Below are positions 13,084 to 26,475 of a DNA stretch of 64,000 bases, piece after piece (position 1 is the stretch's first letter; each line of letters opens with the position of its first letter). The translations under genes and the position numbers were made by a program. Source of the stretch: Pelomyxa schiedti. Taxonomy: Eukaryota; Protista; Evosea. The DNA is taken from positions 1 to 64,000 of the forward strand of contig JAHLWZ010000583.1 in the NCBI GenBank assembly GCA_020536535.1. Direction: 5' to 3'. The notes beneath the pieces were generated by a model that searched no databases, was not told the origin of the DNA, and was given only the letters and a program-made list of their open reading frames with translations.

Positions 13084-15270
13084 TCATGTCCTCTTTGCAC
13101 TCCTCAGAGCATAGCCAAACACAGCACCAGTTAGGAATATCAATGAGCCCCACGCAATGCGGTGGTATAGGCCCTCGTTCTCTCTTACTCTTGCTAGCAT
13201 AGGTATTGATATTGGTCCTGTATTTGTTGGGGTTGTTGTGATTATTGTTGGTGAGGAAGAGACTGGTGAGGTCTTATCCCGCATCAGGGTGATGATTTGG
13301 GTTTCTAGGTTGGAAACATGAGCATTCCTCTTTTGGAGTGTATCTGTGAGTTCTGTGCACCTCCCTTCAGCTGTTTGGAACCTGCCTGTGGCTTCTACGC
13401 ATTGGCTCTTTGTTGTTTCTAGTTGTGTGTTGCATTTTGTATATTGCCTCTTCAGTTCCGAAATGCCTCTCTCTGCTTGCTTAACTTTCTCCGCTTCCTC
13501 GGCAAGTGCTTTCCTCAGTGAGGATATTTCAGAAGTACAGTTTCCGGCACATTTGGTGTGTGGGGGAGAGGCTGATGATACACGCTTCTTGAGATCCTCC
13601 AGTTCTTTGAGGACTGTTGCGTGCTCATTTTCATAGGCTTCAACCTCTTCTGCATGGGAAGCTTGTTGTGCCGCTAGCTTGGACTTGAGTTCCGCATTTT
13701 CTTTTTCCAAAACAGTGATCCTCGGGGAGAAGTTGGATAATTCCGTGTCAGATAAGTGCTGCTCCAAGTCCAGTGCTTCAGCTAATCTGGGTGGTTGGTG
13801 AGTAAAGGAAAGTTCATGGAGTCGGTACCCATAAACAGGGGTGCTTCCGGGTGTTGGAGGTGATTGCTGGTTCCACATTGCAGCTAGTTACAGTATTATT
13901 AGTTAGAGTTACCGAAAATGTACCTATATACCTGGGGGAGACATCTTTGTGAGTGTGGCCTAATCAAAATTAGAAATATTTTTTTGGAGAAAAAAGTACT
14001 AACTTTCTGTCTGATAGGTTTTGTGGAGGCTTTTGTGGCAGCGGGGGCTTTCCCAAGAATGTGGTAAATTTTGGCAAGAAAAATAACTAAAGCTTGCGAA
14101 TCGGCTCCTCTTGCAATATCTTCCGCTGTCAATAAAAGAGGAACACCTTTCATGGCAGTAAATAAGAGTTTGGAAACCTTGGTGCAATTTACCGGCTTGT
14201 TCCAACACTGAGAACACAAATTTCAGTATAGCGGCAGGTGTCCCCTTTTCAATGTCAAAGAAGGTTGGTTAAAAATTAGGCACTCAACCTCAATAAAGGC
14301 CTTAATGTCAACTTTGTCACCTTTGTGTGCACAAATCAAGGACAACATCGCACGCCCATCACACCAACTGTACCATTAATGTTACAACACACCGATAAGC
14401 GGGAGTGGAGAGCGAGCCTTGGGCTTGTTAAATCCTTGACTACAACATTTGGAATCACTTGAGAACTTTCCTGGCACCATGATAAAAGTGCATCTTCTCC
14501 TTTCATACCTATGGCCAATGGTTATACAAGTAGCATGAGGATCATTCCAACTGGAAAAGGTTACAGAAGCTACATCAACGAGGTGAATCATGTGCCATAA
14601 TAGCTTCAGGTACCAATCAGATTGGCGCTGCATTTCTAGAGTATTCCTTAGTATCAGGAAAAAGGAAAGAAAAAAACAAACCTTGCACAGGAACTTCAGG
14701 GATTGGTTCTCCGAGTTTCCTTAAAGCATCAACTACAAGCTGAAGATTGTTTCTGGAATCCACCTCATTAGGGGATTGGATTATGAAGGCAGAGATTTCT
14801 TTAGCAGCATCAGCCATAAATTTCTCAAACAACTGTGGATTGGTACCCAGTTAGCTGAACCATTACAAACAAACAAGGTCACATACAGCATAAAACAGCA
14901 ACCCAGATTTGAGCACATCAGCAAGCCACTCTCCCTCAACTTCCCCAGGCTTCCCTAAATTATGTCATAGGGAAAAAAACAAACCAAATTACTGCAGTGT
15001 ATTAATACGACGGTATTTGTTTAATATCTTTAGTGGTGCCGTAGAAAAACAAACCAAGAGGAGGAATCAAAGAAGCCTTGCTACTCGGTACACAACTCCG
15101 AACCCACTTTCCAAATGCCTAAAAAAAAAAAAAAAAAAAGCTGGTTAGAAGAAACCAAACAGTAAGAATGAACAATAACAACAAACACACACCGCCTGCC
15201 TCTGCTGCATGTTTGTTGTACTACCCCCACCAACAACGGCACTGGTACTACTGCTACTACTTGTACTCAT
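13084..15270 (-). CDS. Tandem calponin-homology (actinin-type ABD) + coiled coil + C-terminal TM protein (interaptin/nesprin-like architecture)
   Basis: CH1-like end NNLQLVVDAL..LKLLWHMI, CH2-like start KGEDALLSWCQ..VVVKDLT..ADSQALVIFLAKIY, ~170-aa coiled coil, terminal IAWGSLIFLTGAVFGYAL-RSAKRT*. Confidence 0.7.
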
Positions 15271-15538
15271 TCAATCTGTCACTGACTGACTTGCTTGTGT
15301 GTGAGTACCCCTCGAGATCCCAATCGACACAACCCCCCCCACAGTAGTTGATCTTTGATCAGCCGAAAAACCAATTGTTTTTCGCAACCTCAGCGTGGTG
15401 GTGCACGGGTCGAGAGGTTGGTTTGGGTGGGTTTGACTTGGTTTAGCAGAACGAACACAACCTTGTGCTTGTATAAACATTGTGGTGCTGTTACATTTAC
15501 AATACTTGAGGGACTAGCCTGTCATTGCAACTGCACCA

Positions 15539-16553
15539 ATGGTGTGCTTTTAGTTTTGGGTGTGGCTGGGGAGACCCACATGTGCATTTTTTTTTTCTTT
15601 TTTCAACCACTAAAAAAAAACGTTGTGAATTTGCTTACACAAACAACAACACAAAGAAATTGTTTCAGGTTCTATTTGGGGGAGGTGGTAGCCGTGCACT
15701 ATCGCGGGACGTGAGACTGTTGATACTGGGGCTGGACAACGCGGGCAAAACCACTATACTAAGGTCACTGTCAAACGAGGCCATCCAGAACGTGCAGCCC
15801 ACCAGGGGCTTCAATGTCAAGTCACTCAGGCACGGCAACTTCAAGCTCGATGTCTGGGACATTGGTGGTATGCGGTTTGGTTTCTGTTGTTTGTTTCTTG
15901 TTTATGGTATATCTTATGAAACTATTCTCTGAATAGTCGAAACCTTATTTATTTGCCCTCTGTTTTTATGAACATCCCTCACTCCTGCTTTGTTCTTACA
16001 TTATAAATAATGGGTGATTAGGACACTCTGCTATAAGACCTTACTGGCGAAATTATGTATTTACCACCTCTTCTTATTGACTTCACCTTACTCCTTACTA
16101 GTACAGTGGCGTTGATGGACTGGTAAACAAATATCGAACACTACCAAAACAATTTATCAACAAACCCCACGCAAACAGTGTTACTCACGCCATAACAGAT
16201 ATATGTTGTTGACAGCACCGATGATACTCGCCTAATTGAAACGGGTGCTGAGTTTGGAGAAATCCTCACTGACCCCAAACTGACTGATGTACCAGTTCTG
16301 GTGTTTGCTAACAAACAAGACCTCCCGAGTGCTCTCCCCGCTTCTCAGGTGTGCATTTTGTTTGTGCCGGAAAGCGAAAACTATATAATTTAGCTCCATA
16401 AATTCAATCTCACCTTTGAGTTAGGTTGCAGAAGCTCTGCAGCTTCACCTTGTAAGAGACCACATGTGGCAAATAGAAGGGTGCTCAGCAAAGACCGGTG
16501 CCAGGCTAAAAGAGGGCCTGGAGTGGCTTTTGCAGAATTTGAAAAGGACCTAA
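15539..16553 (+). CDS. ARL3: ARF-like small GTPase, ARL3-like (start codon uncertain)
   Basis: RLLILGLDNAGKTT, PTRGFNVKS, KLDVWDIGG, IRPYWRNY, VPVLVFANKQDL, WQIEGCSAKTG..EGLEWL. Confidence 0.8.
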
Positions 16554-16647
16554 GTTCTCCTTATCTGTTCATAATGCGGAATACAAAGAGAAAGATGTTG
16601 AAAAACAAGGGATTTCTTTCTTATTAATAAAAGAGGGGCAAAGTCTA

Positions 16648-19053
16648 TCAGTTGATTTGCTTCTTGTATCCTTTGGGTCTCCGGCAGAAAATAATCGCCA
16701 AGGCAGTTGACACAACAACTACCTAAGTAACTTAGCGTTTTGGGGCGGGATTTTGTTTTCTACCAAGACTACAGCTACAGCTGCTATTATGAAAAGTACT
16801 ATGTCCAGGGTGCTTAGTCCGTTGTCTTCGGATGATGTTGCACCACCTGAAAGGTTGGTGGGTTAAACTTGGATGAGTGGAGTGATACAATTGTTCTGGA
16901 AACAGAAGCACCACTCCGGTATAGAAGAATTTAAATCGAAACAGTTTCCAGATACGTCACTGAAATAGATTAATTAAGGGAGAACAACAAAAAAGTTTAC
17001 CATTCAGCAATTCGCTTTCCATACAGTGCTGTAGGGATGGTGCCAGTGAACTGATTGGTATCTAAGTACCTACGGTGAAAATTATGGGGGAGAAAAGTGA
17101 CGAGTGGAGGTGTACAGTGAAACCAGTTCTAAATGACTAAGATCTGGTACACTTCCCGAAAACTTATTGCCTGTAACGGCCCTAAAAACTGTGAAAAACT
17201 CAATTGAAATTAGAGAGGCGGTTACAGGACTTTCAAGTTGACAAGGTCCACAATAGAAGCAGGAAGTGAGCCCTCAAACTGGTTGAAGGATATAATTCTG
17301 AGAAACATTACACAACGAGAGAAAACTAGTTTCTTACAGATCTCGCATGCGAGAATTGCGACTGAGATCAGGTAGCGGACCTGTAAATAAGTTGTTGGCT
17401 AAATTCCTGAATTTCAGTTACAAGGATCATTTAAAACAGTTGTGTGTACAAAGATTCAAGCTTGCTAAATCCTTGAAAAGATGGGAGTGGCCCAGAGAGT
17501 TTATTGTATTGTAACCCTCTAAGGAAATAAAAAAGAGGAAGCAAGAAGCAACGGGAGCATACACAACTTCAAGATTCAACAAGTTATCCCAGCAATCTGG
17601 AAGTGCCCCACTGAGCGAATTGCCACTCAAGAACCTTCAAGGTTTAGAATGAAATGTCGGTAAACAGGTCTCACATAATTCGGGTTGCAGTCAGTTGGCA
17701 GATTTCCGTGGGAATGGTTCCAGTGAGGTTATTATCCGATATGCCACTGAAGGGTTTAGTTGTAATTTTCTTGTGCCTGCATACAATATAATAGCTCCCA
17801 TCTGTCCAATTGCAGTGGAAATTGTTCCTTGGAGGTTATTTGCATCCAGCTCTCTTAATGAGGTTACTCACTGTCACATTTGAGGGATCATACAAAGATG
17901 TAAGACTTGTTAGTGTCCACAAAGAATCGGGGATTGTTCCTTGCAACTCGTTTGTGCACATGTCCCTGGGAGTCGTTAAGGGAAAGAAAGGAAAATTCAA
18001 TGCATATACATGAAAGTTAGTTTTGTAAGTCTGGAAACATCAGGTAACGTGCTTGACAGCTGATTATGACATGCACTCCTAGAGGACAATAAGTAATTTA
18101 AATAATGCGAATAAGAAATACCAATATGTCAGCCAGTCCATCTCCCCAAATGCTGAAGGAAGGGCAGTGAAGTGGTTCCCGTTGAGTGTGCTATTGATCT
18201 TATCACTAAAGAATAATTTGAGGAAGGACCCACTATCTCGCCAGGGAAGTTAATGTAGAAACACAGTCAGGAATGGGTCCAGTAAAGTCGTTTTCAGCAA
18301 CATTCCTATGGAAAGGGTCAACACAGATTCGACACTAAAGGGTTCGAACAAATCGGTTAAAGTCGGCATCTCACAGACAAAATCAAGTGGGCCAACCAAC
18401 CCGTTCCTGTGGATATCCCTGAAAAAAATGTGAGATTACACCGCGGAGAAAAGTGTACAGTTTAGTGAGTGGTGGATCGACTAATGTCAGTGGCGGATAA
18501 CCACTAATCATATTCAGTGAGAGGACTCTTGCTAAATATAAGAATCGAAGGTGAAGGAATGGGAAACAAACAAAGATGTGAGACTGGTGAGTTTATCTAA
18601 GCAATCGGGGATGGCGTCATGTATCAAGTTGTTTTCGAAATTACTGATGTCCATTAGTAAGACGCGAAAGTGGTGGAATGGCTACAGGGAAGTCAAGGAG
18701 GACAAATTGCAAATAGATGGAGGGATAGAACCAAGCATCTCGTCATTCAGTAAGTCTCTATTCCAAGAATGAGAGGAAGAAGGAAAAGGGGGAAAAAAAA
18801 GAGAACTGTACATTTTCTCTATCACAGGAGAATGACCCTTGGTGCAAGTGACACCAGGTGGCGCAGCGTCACCACAGGGATCAGTCGTGTTGTAGTACCC
18901 ATTGCAAGGGTCGTACACACCCCTCCACGACAGCGGGTTGAGCTCGGTCTTTATGTCGCACAATGCGGATATCGTCACATCAGTGTAGTCACCTCTGCAC
19001 ACGCCAACTACGATCCCCAGCACCAACAACGACACGCCGGAAACACGACACAT
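16648..19053 (-). CDS. LRR receptor-like membrane protein (signal peptide, plant-type LRRs, TM, short tail, no kinase)
   Basis: MCRVSGVSLLVLGIVVGVCRG signal peptide, LRRNT-like cap (W..DPC..GVTC), repeats such as MLGSIPPSICNLSSLTSL and SGNSLSGALPDCWDNLLNL, Ser/Thr stalk, TM, then RRPKGYKKQIN*. Confidence 0.82.
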
Positions 19054-19560
19054 GTGCAAGATCTTCCACAGCGGCAAGGAGGGCAGTTTGTTGTTTGTTT
19101 TGAAAAAAAAAATCGAAGAAACAGTTACACGGTTGCAACGGTTGAATGTCATCAGTCGATGAGTAGTGAATCCATCATCTGAAAGATTGAATGTGGAACA
19201 CAAGTATGGATTGATTCGTACTGGGGTTTGTCGGCTGTGCCAACAGCAGCTTTTTGTTGCTTCAAGCTGATCAGATTTCGTGGAATGGAAGTTGAATAAC
19301 CTTGTTCAACGGAGGCGAAAAAGAAACAAACTTCAAAGGGCCAAGCGCAACGCGGATCGGATCTCGGCATCAACAGCAATGAGCGCAAACGACGTCAAGG
19401 TGAGTTGTGTTTGACAAGAAAACTTTATTTAGAGATACAGTTTTTTTTTTAACTGTGGGCTCAGGTACACGTCCGAAAGCCGATCGAAATTACACGCGCG
19501 AAAACGTGTTGTACGTCGCCTGTTGATTGCGTTAACGCCGCGAGGCCGACTACCGAGCGG

Positions 19561-20774
19561 ATGGCTAAGCTCCACGCTAAAAAACACATACTCATGCAAA
19601 ATACGAGAACAAATGACGTGGAAGAGGACGCGCCCCCTCGGCGTATGTTTCTGCTAAGCAACTACTAAGAAATGCATGCGTGATATGATAACATTGACAC
19701 ATTTTTTTTTTTTTGCAGCGGCGATAAGAGTGACGATAAGAAGAAATCTAAGGCCGCTTAACAACACTTCACAAACGCAAACTGTGCCTGTCCGGTTACA
19801 CACTAACGAGCAGGTACAACACAACACTTGCACAACACCGCAGCAAGTAAAGAAATCCAGTTCCCGTTCAGTCTCACCACCTCTCCGGGACGTTTCTCCG
19901 CCACCAGTTAAGCGGTGTGCAACACCGAATTGTGGTAATCAGCAATAATACGCACACCTCTAAACCTTCTTATTTCCCATAGGTGCTCCCTCTCGCACAA
20001 AAAGACCCAGGACCGATCCTCTTGTACTTCAATGTAAACAATCACATGTTTAGTTTCCCTAACTTATTTTCCTTCCCCTCAGCTCAACTTGCTTCCCTAC
20101 GAGATGAAAGAGAATCGATCACTTCTCAAATAAAAGCCCTGATAAACTTGCCACAGCAGGCCCGTACCCCGTCCACTTTACGTCAGATCCAAAAATTAAA
20201 TGGTATTCGTTTGAACCAAGTCTTGCATACCAACCTTATCATAGAGGATGACGAATGGCTATTTGCAGAAAGCACACTACTTAACTGGATGTTGCAAGGA
20301 ACACAGTCAGACCAAAATCGCCCGACCACTATCCAGCAATCACAAGAACAACCGTCACCCCCAGCACCCTCTACACCCTCCACTCCCCCTTCTACCCCAC
20401 CCACGATTAATTCCTCTCCGGCTCAGAATACCATCACACATTCCCCGACACAGTCTAGTTCGCCGACATGTAATTCTTCATTAGCTACTCCTTCCACAAC
20501 ACCCTCACCATCTTCACCAGACACACCAAACTCACCAACAAACCTCCCACCGGACTGTGACTTCGCGTCACCGCAGCCAAACACACCAAATCACCACAAC
20601 CACTACCCCGCATCCAGCCCAGCCACACTGTTTGCACCGCCCGCCCTTCCGCACCCCACCGCTTCGATCCCCAGCATAACCGCACAGTTGGCCAACTCGT
20701 GCTGTGGTGTTGTCATGCTACCTCCTCCACCTCCTCACTGGGCCCTTGTTCCATTCCCCCCATCACACAACTAA
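19561..20774 (+). CDS. Hypothetical Pro/Ser/Thr-rich protein
   Basis: In-frame model through GT-AG introns from MAKLHAKK into ORF 19983-20774; no recognisable domain. Confidence 0.45.
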
Positions 20775-21239
20775 AACCACCCAACCAATTGCATATACAC
20801 ACCACGCACAATCCGGCTAGCCCCGGAGATAGATACCCGCAGTACCAGCACACAACAGCAAGCAAGAAGAAGTGTCTTTTGAGAGGGCAGAAGTTTTGTT
20901 GAATTCAACAATGCTACACCTTTTCTTCTCTCTTTCGTTTGATAGTAGATGAAATTTCCTCTCGTTTTCCAGGATAACAGAAGGGGGATGCGAAAAAGTA
21001 GCACCGTCAACCCCAGAAAGGCAGTCAATCACTCACAGTCACAAAACGGTCGTTACGATCTACGGGAGTTTTCAACGCCTTTTAAACAAAAAGAAAGATG
21101 GAAGTGGCGTACTGTAAAAGCCCGGCGCGAATGCCAATACGATAACTACCAAACCACGAAACAAAAAAGAAACACAAAACAGACAACACAACACAACGTG
21201 CGTGGGGCTGAGATCTGGGGAAAAAGACGTTTGTTTTGT

Positions 21240-22793
21240 ATGGATAACCAGAAGTTGTCGTTGTCGTTTCTGTGTTCACAACAGCAGCAACAACGTTCCT
21301 CATCCCAGCAACCACCGCGTTTACAACAGCAGGTACAATACACTTCGTTACCCGACATAATATATTGGTGTATATTATATTATTGTTGTTTGCATAGGCC
21401 AAACTCACTTTGGCTTATCAGGCGCCATCTAATCAAGGGCAGACGGGATGCGGTCTTAATGCCTTAGGAATACAATACTTCCTCGAGGCAATCAGAGCAG
21501 GGCAACTGAAGGCACCTTCACAAGTTTACCTTGAGCAAGTCAGCCACCCCACTCAGGACCGCAGTTCCAGCGACTGCCCGCCGGAACTGTATCGACCAGT
21601 CAAAAACTGGGAGGAACAATACGTCGTTGCGGCACTTCGCCAACGCGAAGATGAGCGGGAGAACAATGCCCAAAATACAACTCCGGCACCTCCTGTCACT
21701 AAGGACGTTCCTTCAGGCCATACGGCTTCCCAACAAGAAATGCTCACAGTACAAACTCGGAACTCCCCACAAAACTCCCCCTCTGCGGAGGCCGGAAAGC
21801 CTCCCACACCTCCAACACCCGCGCCTCCCCCTGTATCAAGCGAATCTCCGAGGCAACAGGAGGAAACGCCAAGATCGTCGCCGGAAGAAGATACGGAAGA
21901 TGGAGCTGCACGGCAAACTCCTACTCAGAACCGAAAGCGCAGACAGAAAAAATCTACTTCCCAGGGCGATGGGTCACCCCCAAATGGAGCTGACCTTCAC
22001 CGGCAAATGGTAAAATATGGGGCTAAAATGTTTGAAAGGGACTCTGAAGGCAGATACCGATGCTTCTTTGAACATTGCTCTCTTACAATGACAAATAACT
22101 TCTCAAGGCACATCCACGGCGTATGTTTTATTGTATGAGTTTTCCCGGCATCTAATCTCCCTCTAGCACGAACAAAGAGGAGATGCAATCAAGCCGCATC
22201 TGAGGAATTGTATCAATCCTTCCTCCCGAGAGCTCTGCTTTATTGACCAAACACACGGAGCTTGGGAGCGTAAATTGTCCTTGTCCCACACAATGCACAA
22301 CCTTCCCCCACCCCAACCAAAAAAGAAAAACACCACAATCACAATTACAACCAGCAACACAACTTCAGTCACCATAGATTCGCCCTGCCCTCCTGTGACA
22401 GTAACCACAACAACCACAACAAGCCACCACCCCACACTTCCATCCCCCACCACCCGGCAGCATAACCGGGAGCCCACACACAAAAGATCCAGAACTCCCT
22501 CCACCGAACTCCTGTCACACTCTCCACCGAACCCACCCTCGCAGCTACAGCAACCACCGCAACACTCGACACAAGCCTTCCCATCACCCCCTACACCAGA
22601 AAACAACTCGACAATCCCGCATCAACAGTCTCTTGATGCAGACTTACAGGACCTCCTTCAACAATGCCGGAGCCAAGACTCCAATACAACAATCACACTG
22701 ACACCCGCTCTCAAACTGGCTCTCGGTAAGTTCGCCGAAGATATGAAGCAACAGCAACAGCAACAAACCCCCACACATAACAGCACCCACTAA
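21240..22793 (+). CDS. Low-complexity protein with one C2H2-like zinc finger (putative transcription factor)
   Basis: YRCFFEHCSLTMTNNFSRHIHG|H spans an intron; basic NRKRRQKK NLS-like stretch; Q/P/T-rich flanks. Confidence 0.55.
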
Positions 22794-22872
22794 AAGCAGC
22801 ACCAGAATCAAAGTACTATAGTCAATACTATCAAGAGTGTACAATTAATAAACCTGTTTTTTCCCTACTTTT

Positions 22873-25800
22873 TCACACATGGAATTCTCTGAGGGATGTT
22901 ATTTGTGTGATGGCCTTGTTGCACCTCGTCATTTGTTCTTTAATTTGTGCCATTTGTTGTGCTGCCTGTGGTGATTCCTTGCGTTTGTTGTCAATGAAAA
23001 AGGGAGAATTCAATTGAATGCACCTTAAGGAGCTGGGAGAGGTCATTATCACCATTGTATAGGGATGATACAAGGGTAGTGTGGAGGTTGCGGAGTGTGT
23101 TGTAGACCAGAAAATGCATGATGGCCTTAGGTACTGTGTCCGCTATGTTTTTCTGTACAATCGTAAAGTAGGCTTCGAGGAAGGCACCTGTTGAAAGCGG
23201 TAAGTAAATATGTGCATACATAGTTTTAAAAAAAACCAATTAGCTTCACTTGGATGCTATCTTTCTCGCCGACGGTGGGATCATCTACGAACAGCTAGGA
23301 GTTGATGATGAGTGAGAGTATAATTACGCGAGACGGGCAGTACCTTCATTTCGTTTTGGATTGCAATAGGATCGGGGTTCTCAGGCTCCTCAGGTTCCTC
23401 AGTTGGTTTTTCTTGTTCCGGTGGTTGTTGAGGTTCCAAATGAGATGTGGCTACCGAGGAATCCAAAGGAGGCCCGGCAGATGATGGTGGAGCCGGGGCT
23501 CGTGATGCCGTGGTTGTTGATACCTGGTAGAAAATGAATAATTGGGGATAAACCCAGGAAAAAAATTTCAAGCAGTCACCCTGGAATGTCCAAACAATGC
23601 ACTTGCAATTCTGGAACGCCGTCGCTCCTGTTGATACTGTTATAAAAAAAAAATTAGTTACTTTGAAAGTTGGTACTTTTTTTGTGGTAGAGCGTATGCA
23701 TCCATCGATATGTTTGTGGGCAACCTTGAGTTCCTCAAACCATATTCCACAGATTGGACATTGGTACTGCCTCAGGGTGAAAAAAACCGAATAGTGTTAG
23801 CTTTACACACCACTTGGTTAGGTGTCATGGGAGGTAGCCCCACAGCAGATGTTGTTGTCGGTGTACTGGTTGGTGTTGGTGGTGCCGGACTTGGAGTGAT
23901 TGTTGGTTTCGCAGAAGCGGAGACCGGCGAAATCGGCTTTATATCTGGTCTTGTAAGGGGTTTTACCTGTAGAAAATTAGGCTTTTTTGGTCACATAACA
24001 CAGAGTACCTTTACGGGTGGGGAAGTGGGAGAAAGAACGGAGCGCAAAATTTGAGAAGTGGAAAAATCAGGATGAGAGGTATTGAGGTAGGCGAGCTCGA
24101 TCTATGCTGTGTAAGTTGCATTCTAGTACTTGAAAGGTACCTTGATTAAATATTCGATCATTTGTCGAGTGGGTTGAAGATTTGTATTGAGCAAAGAATT
24201 AGTAGTTTCGATTACAGAGGTGCAGAGGCGAGGCAAAAGAGAAAGATGCTTTTGTGAAAGTAAGATACAGGTAAACCTGGAGATCTTTACCTGTGTGGCA
24301 AGTTTAGAAGTTGTTTGTACCAGCTCCTCATGCACCATTTCGCAACACTACAAGTTTGAGTCATAATGAAACAGGGGTAATTGTACCTGAATGGATGGCG
24401 CCAGTAACTTCTGTATTTGCTTTTTTATCAGCACTTCAAATGAGGTTTCTGAGAGGAATAGAGCTGTTCGTGTTCCCTGTAAGAAAGAATCAATATCCGG
24501 TAAAAGGAAGGAATTCCAGCATACGGTTGAATTCCGAATTGCTGTCAAGAGGTCCTGGTCTGTTATCCCATCCATAGCATGAAGGGAAAAAACGTGAGCA
24601 GCAAAAATTTCATTTATTACATAGTTGATCCGGGCTCCTCCCGTCCTTTTCGAGCATAAATAGTAAGAAAATTGATTCGCCATACAGTTCAACAAGTGAC
24701 AGGGAATTCATGGTGCCATCAATGGTTTTACTCAGCTCAGTGGAGAATTTAGTGAGATGCTGAAGTAGCAAAGCTCCCTTATTGGAGTAAAGATTTTTTT
24801 AATAAAAAAGCAGATGCACACTTTATCACAAATTACTGTCGAGTGTACTTGATTATATTTTTCCAATTGACTTCGAGTATCTGCTTTCAGTCAGAAGGTG
24901 GCCAAACATTAAGTACATGCCTTCCAGGATAATGTTCACTCTAATCTTTACATCGGGAAGAATGGCTTTGAGTTTTTCCACAATTATCTGCGAGATTAAG
25001 GGAATGCAACTTACTGTGAAGATTTACCTGGTATAAAGTTTTTTGCAGATAGGAAACTCCCATTTGTTGCCGGTGGTGGTAGACGCTGTGTTGTAGGAAC
25101 TGTTGTTCATAACCTATCAGGAATTAAGTTAGAGGAAAGTAGATAACTGTAAAAATACGCGTATTATGGCAGACAACACCAATACATCCTCTGCAACCAC
25201 TTTTCTCCCACCTATACTGCATAAAAATGTGATGGACTCCTTAATGGTTACTTGGAAAATTACACGGCCATGGCATCTACATCTTTTCCCTGGAGTTATA
25301 TTAATTACTTGAGGCAACATACATAAGATACCAGTAAATCAATTTTTGAGATGACCTTAATTGTTCGGACACCAGTTGGATCAACTATAACCACTTAGAG
25401 AGTAGTATGAAGAACTGCTTACCAAGTTGAACAAATTGGTGAGTTTCAACATTTGCAGATAGCTGTGCCTCGTTCACTGTAATTACTATGCAATTTGGAT
25501 TGGAAATAAGCCTATTCGAGGTGAGAATAAAAACTATCTCAGAGCAACCATACTCTATAATAGCCTTCCGGAGAGTGAAATCTGACTGGTAATAAATGAA
25601 TATTTCTTTTCTTTAACAAGAGTAAAAGCACACCTTGGGTAATGGAGGGAGGTCCACTAACGTAATATCGATAACATGTGGAGAAAAAAGTTCGAGAATG
25701 ATGGGCCTCGAGCCACTTTTCACTGTTCGGACAGTCAGGGTTAACAAAGAGTTCTTAGAACTAACCACTCTCATTAGCAAACTCAGCTCTGATCTCAAAA

Positions 25801-26351
25801 ATGTTTGTGTATCGAACTGTGGGCTTATGAAGGAACGTGGCCCACTCTTCTCCTGTAGTCTTAGTTCATGTCAGGGTGATTAATGCCGGTTGGTATTATC
25901 ATTAATTCATAGATACACACGTTGTGATGCAACCGGGCCACCATTGGGCAAGTAGCAGAAACTCCCACAGGGAAAACACCACCAGAATTATCAGCAGGAA
26001 CAGGACAACCACCATCACCACCAGTAGCGGCAGTATTGCTTCCTCCCCCCATAGCATTACTATTAGGAACATTGACACTAGCTGCTGTTGTTGTTCTGGA
26101 ATCAAGTCTGTTTGGAATTGGCATAACCACAGTAGGAACAAGTGCGTTGATGAGAGTGGTCTTCCCACATGATTGGTGCCCAACACAACAAACAACCACA
26201 TCGTCAATGTGCCCTTTTCCATCTGTGTGTAAAATTTATGAACTACAACAGCAACAATATTATTGACTAGTTAAAAATGCTTTTTCTTTGTTCACAAACA
26301 TGAGCCAAGGAGGCTTTTGACTTGATCGAAAAACGGCACAAGGTTATCCAT
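22873..26351 (-). CDS. Dynamin-related protein (Drp1/Vps1-like) with degenerate GTPase motifs
   Basis: MDNLVPFFDQV, GHQSCGKTT, LELFSPHVIDITLVDLP, TKID, middle domain GGARINYV..AIRNST..GTRTALF..FEVLIKKQI, ELAYLNTSHPDF, GED YFTIVQKNIADTVPKAIMHFLV. Confidence 0.88.
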
Positions 26352-26475
26352 TGGTTTTTTTTCACTCCTTCGTTTTCGTACGAAAACGGTTCGCGTACAT
26401 AGCTATGTGATGAATTCTCTCAATCTCAGAGACTGGGATTACTATCAGAACCCAAGAGAGAAGGCATCAAGCATG

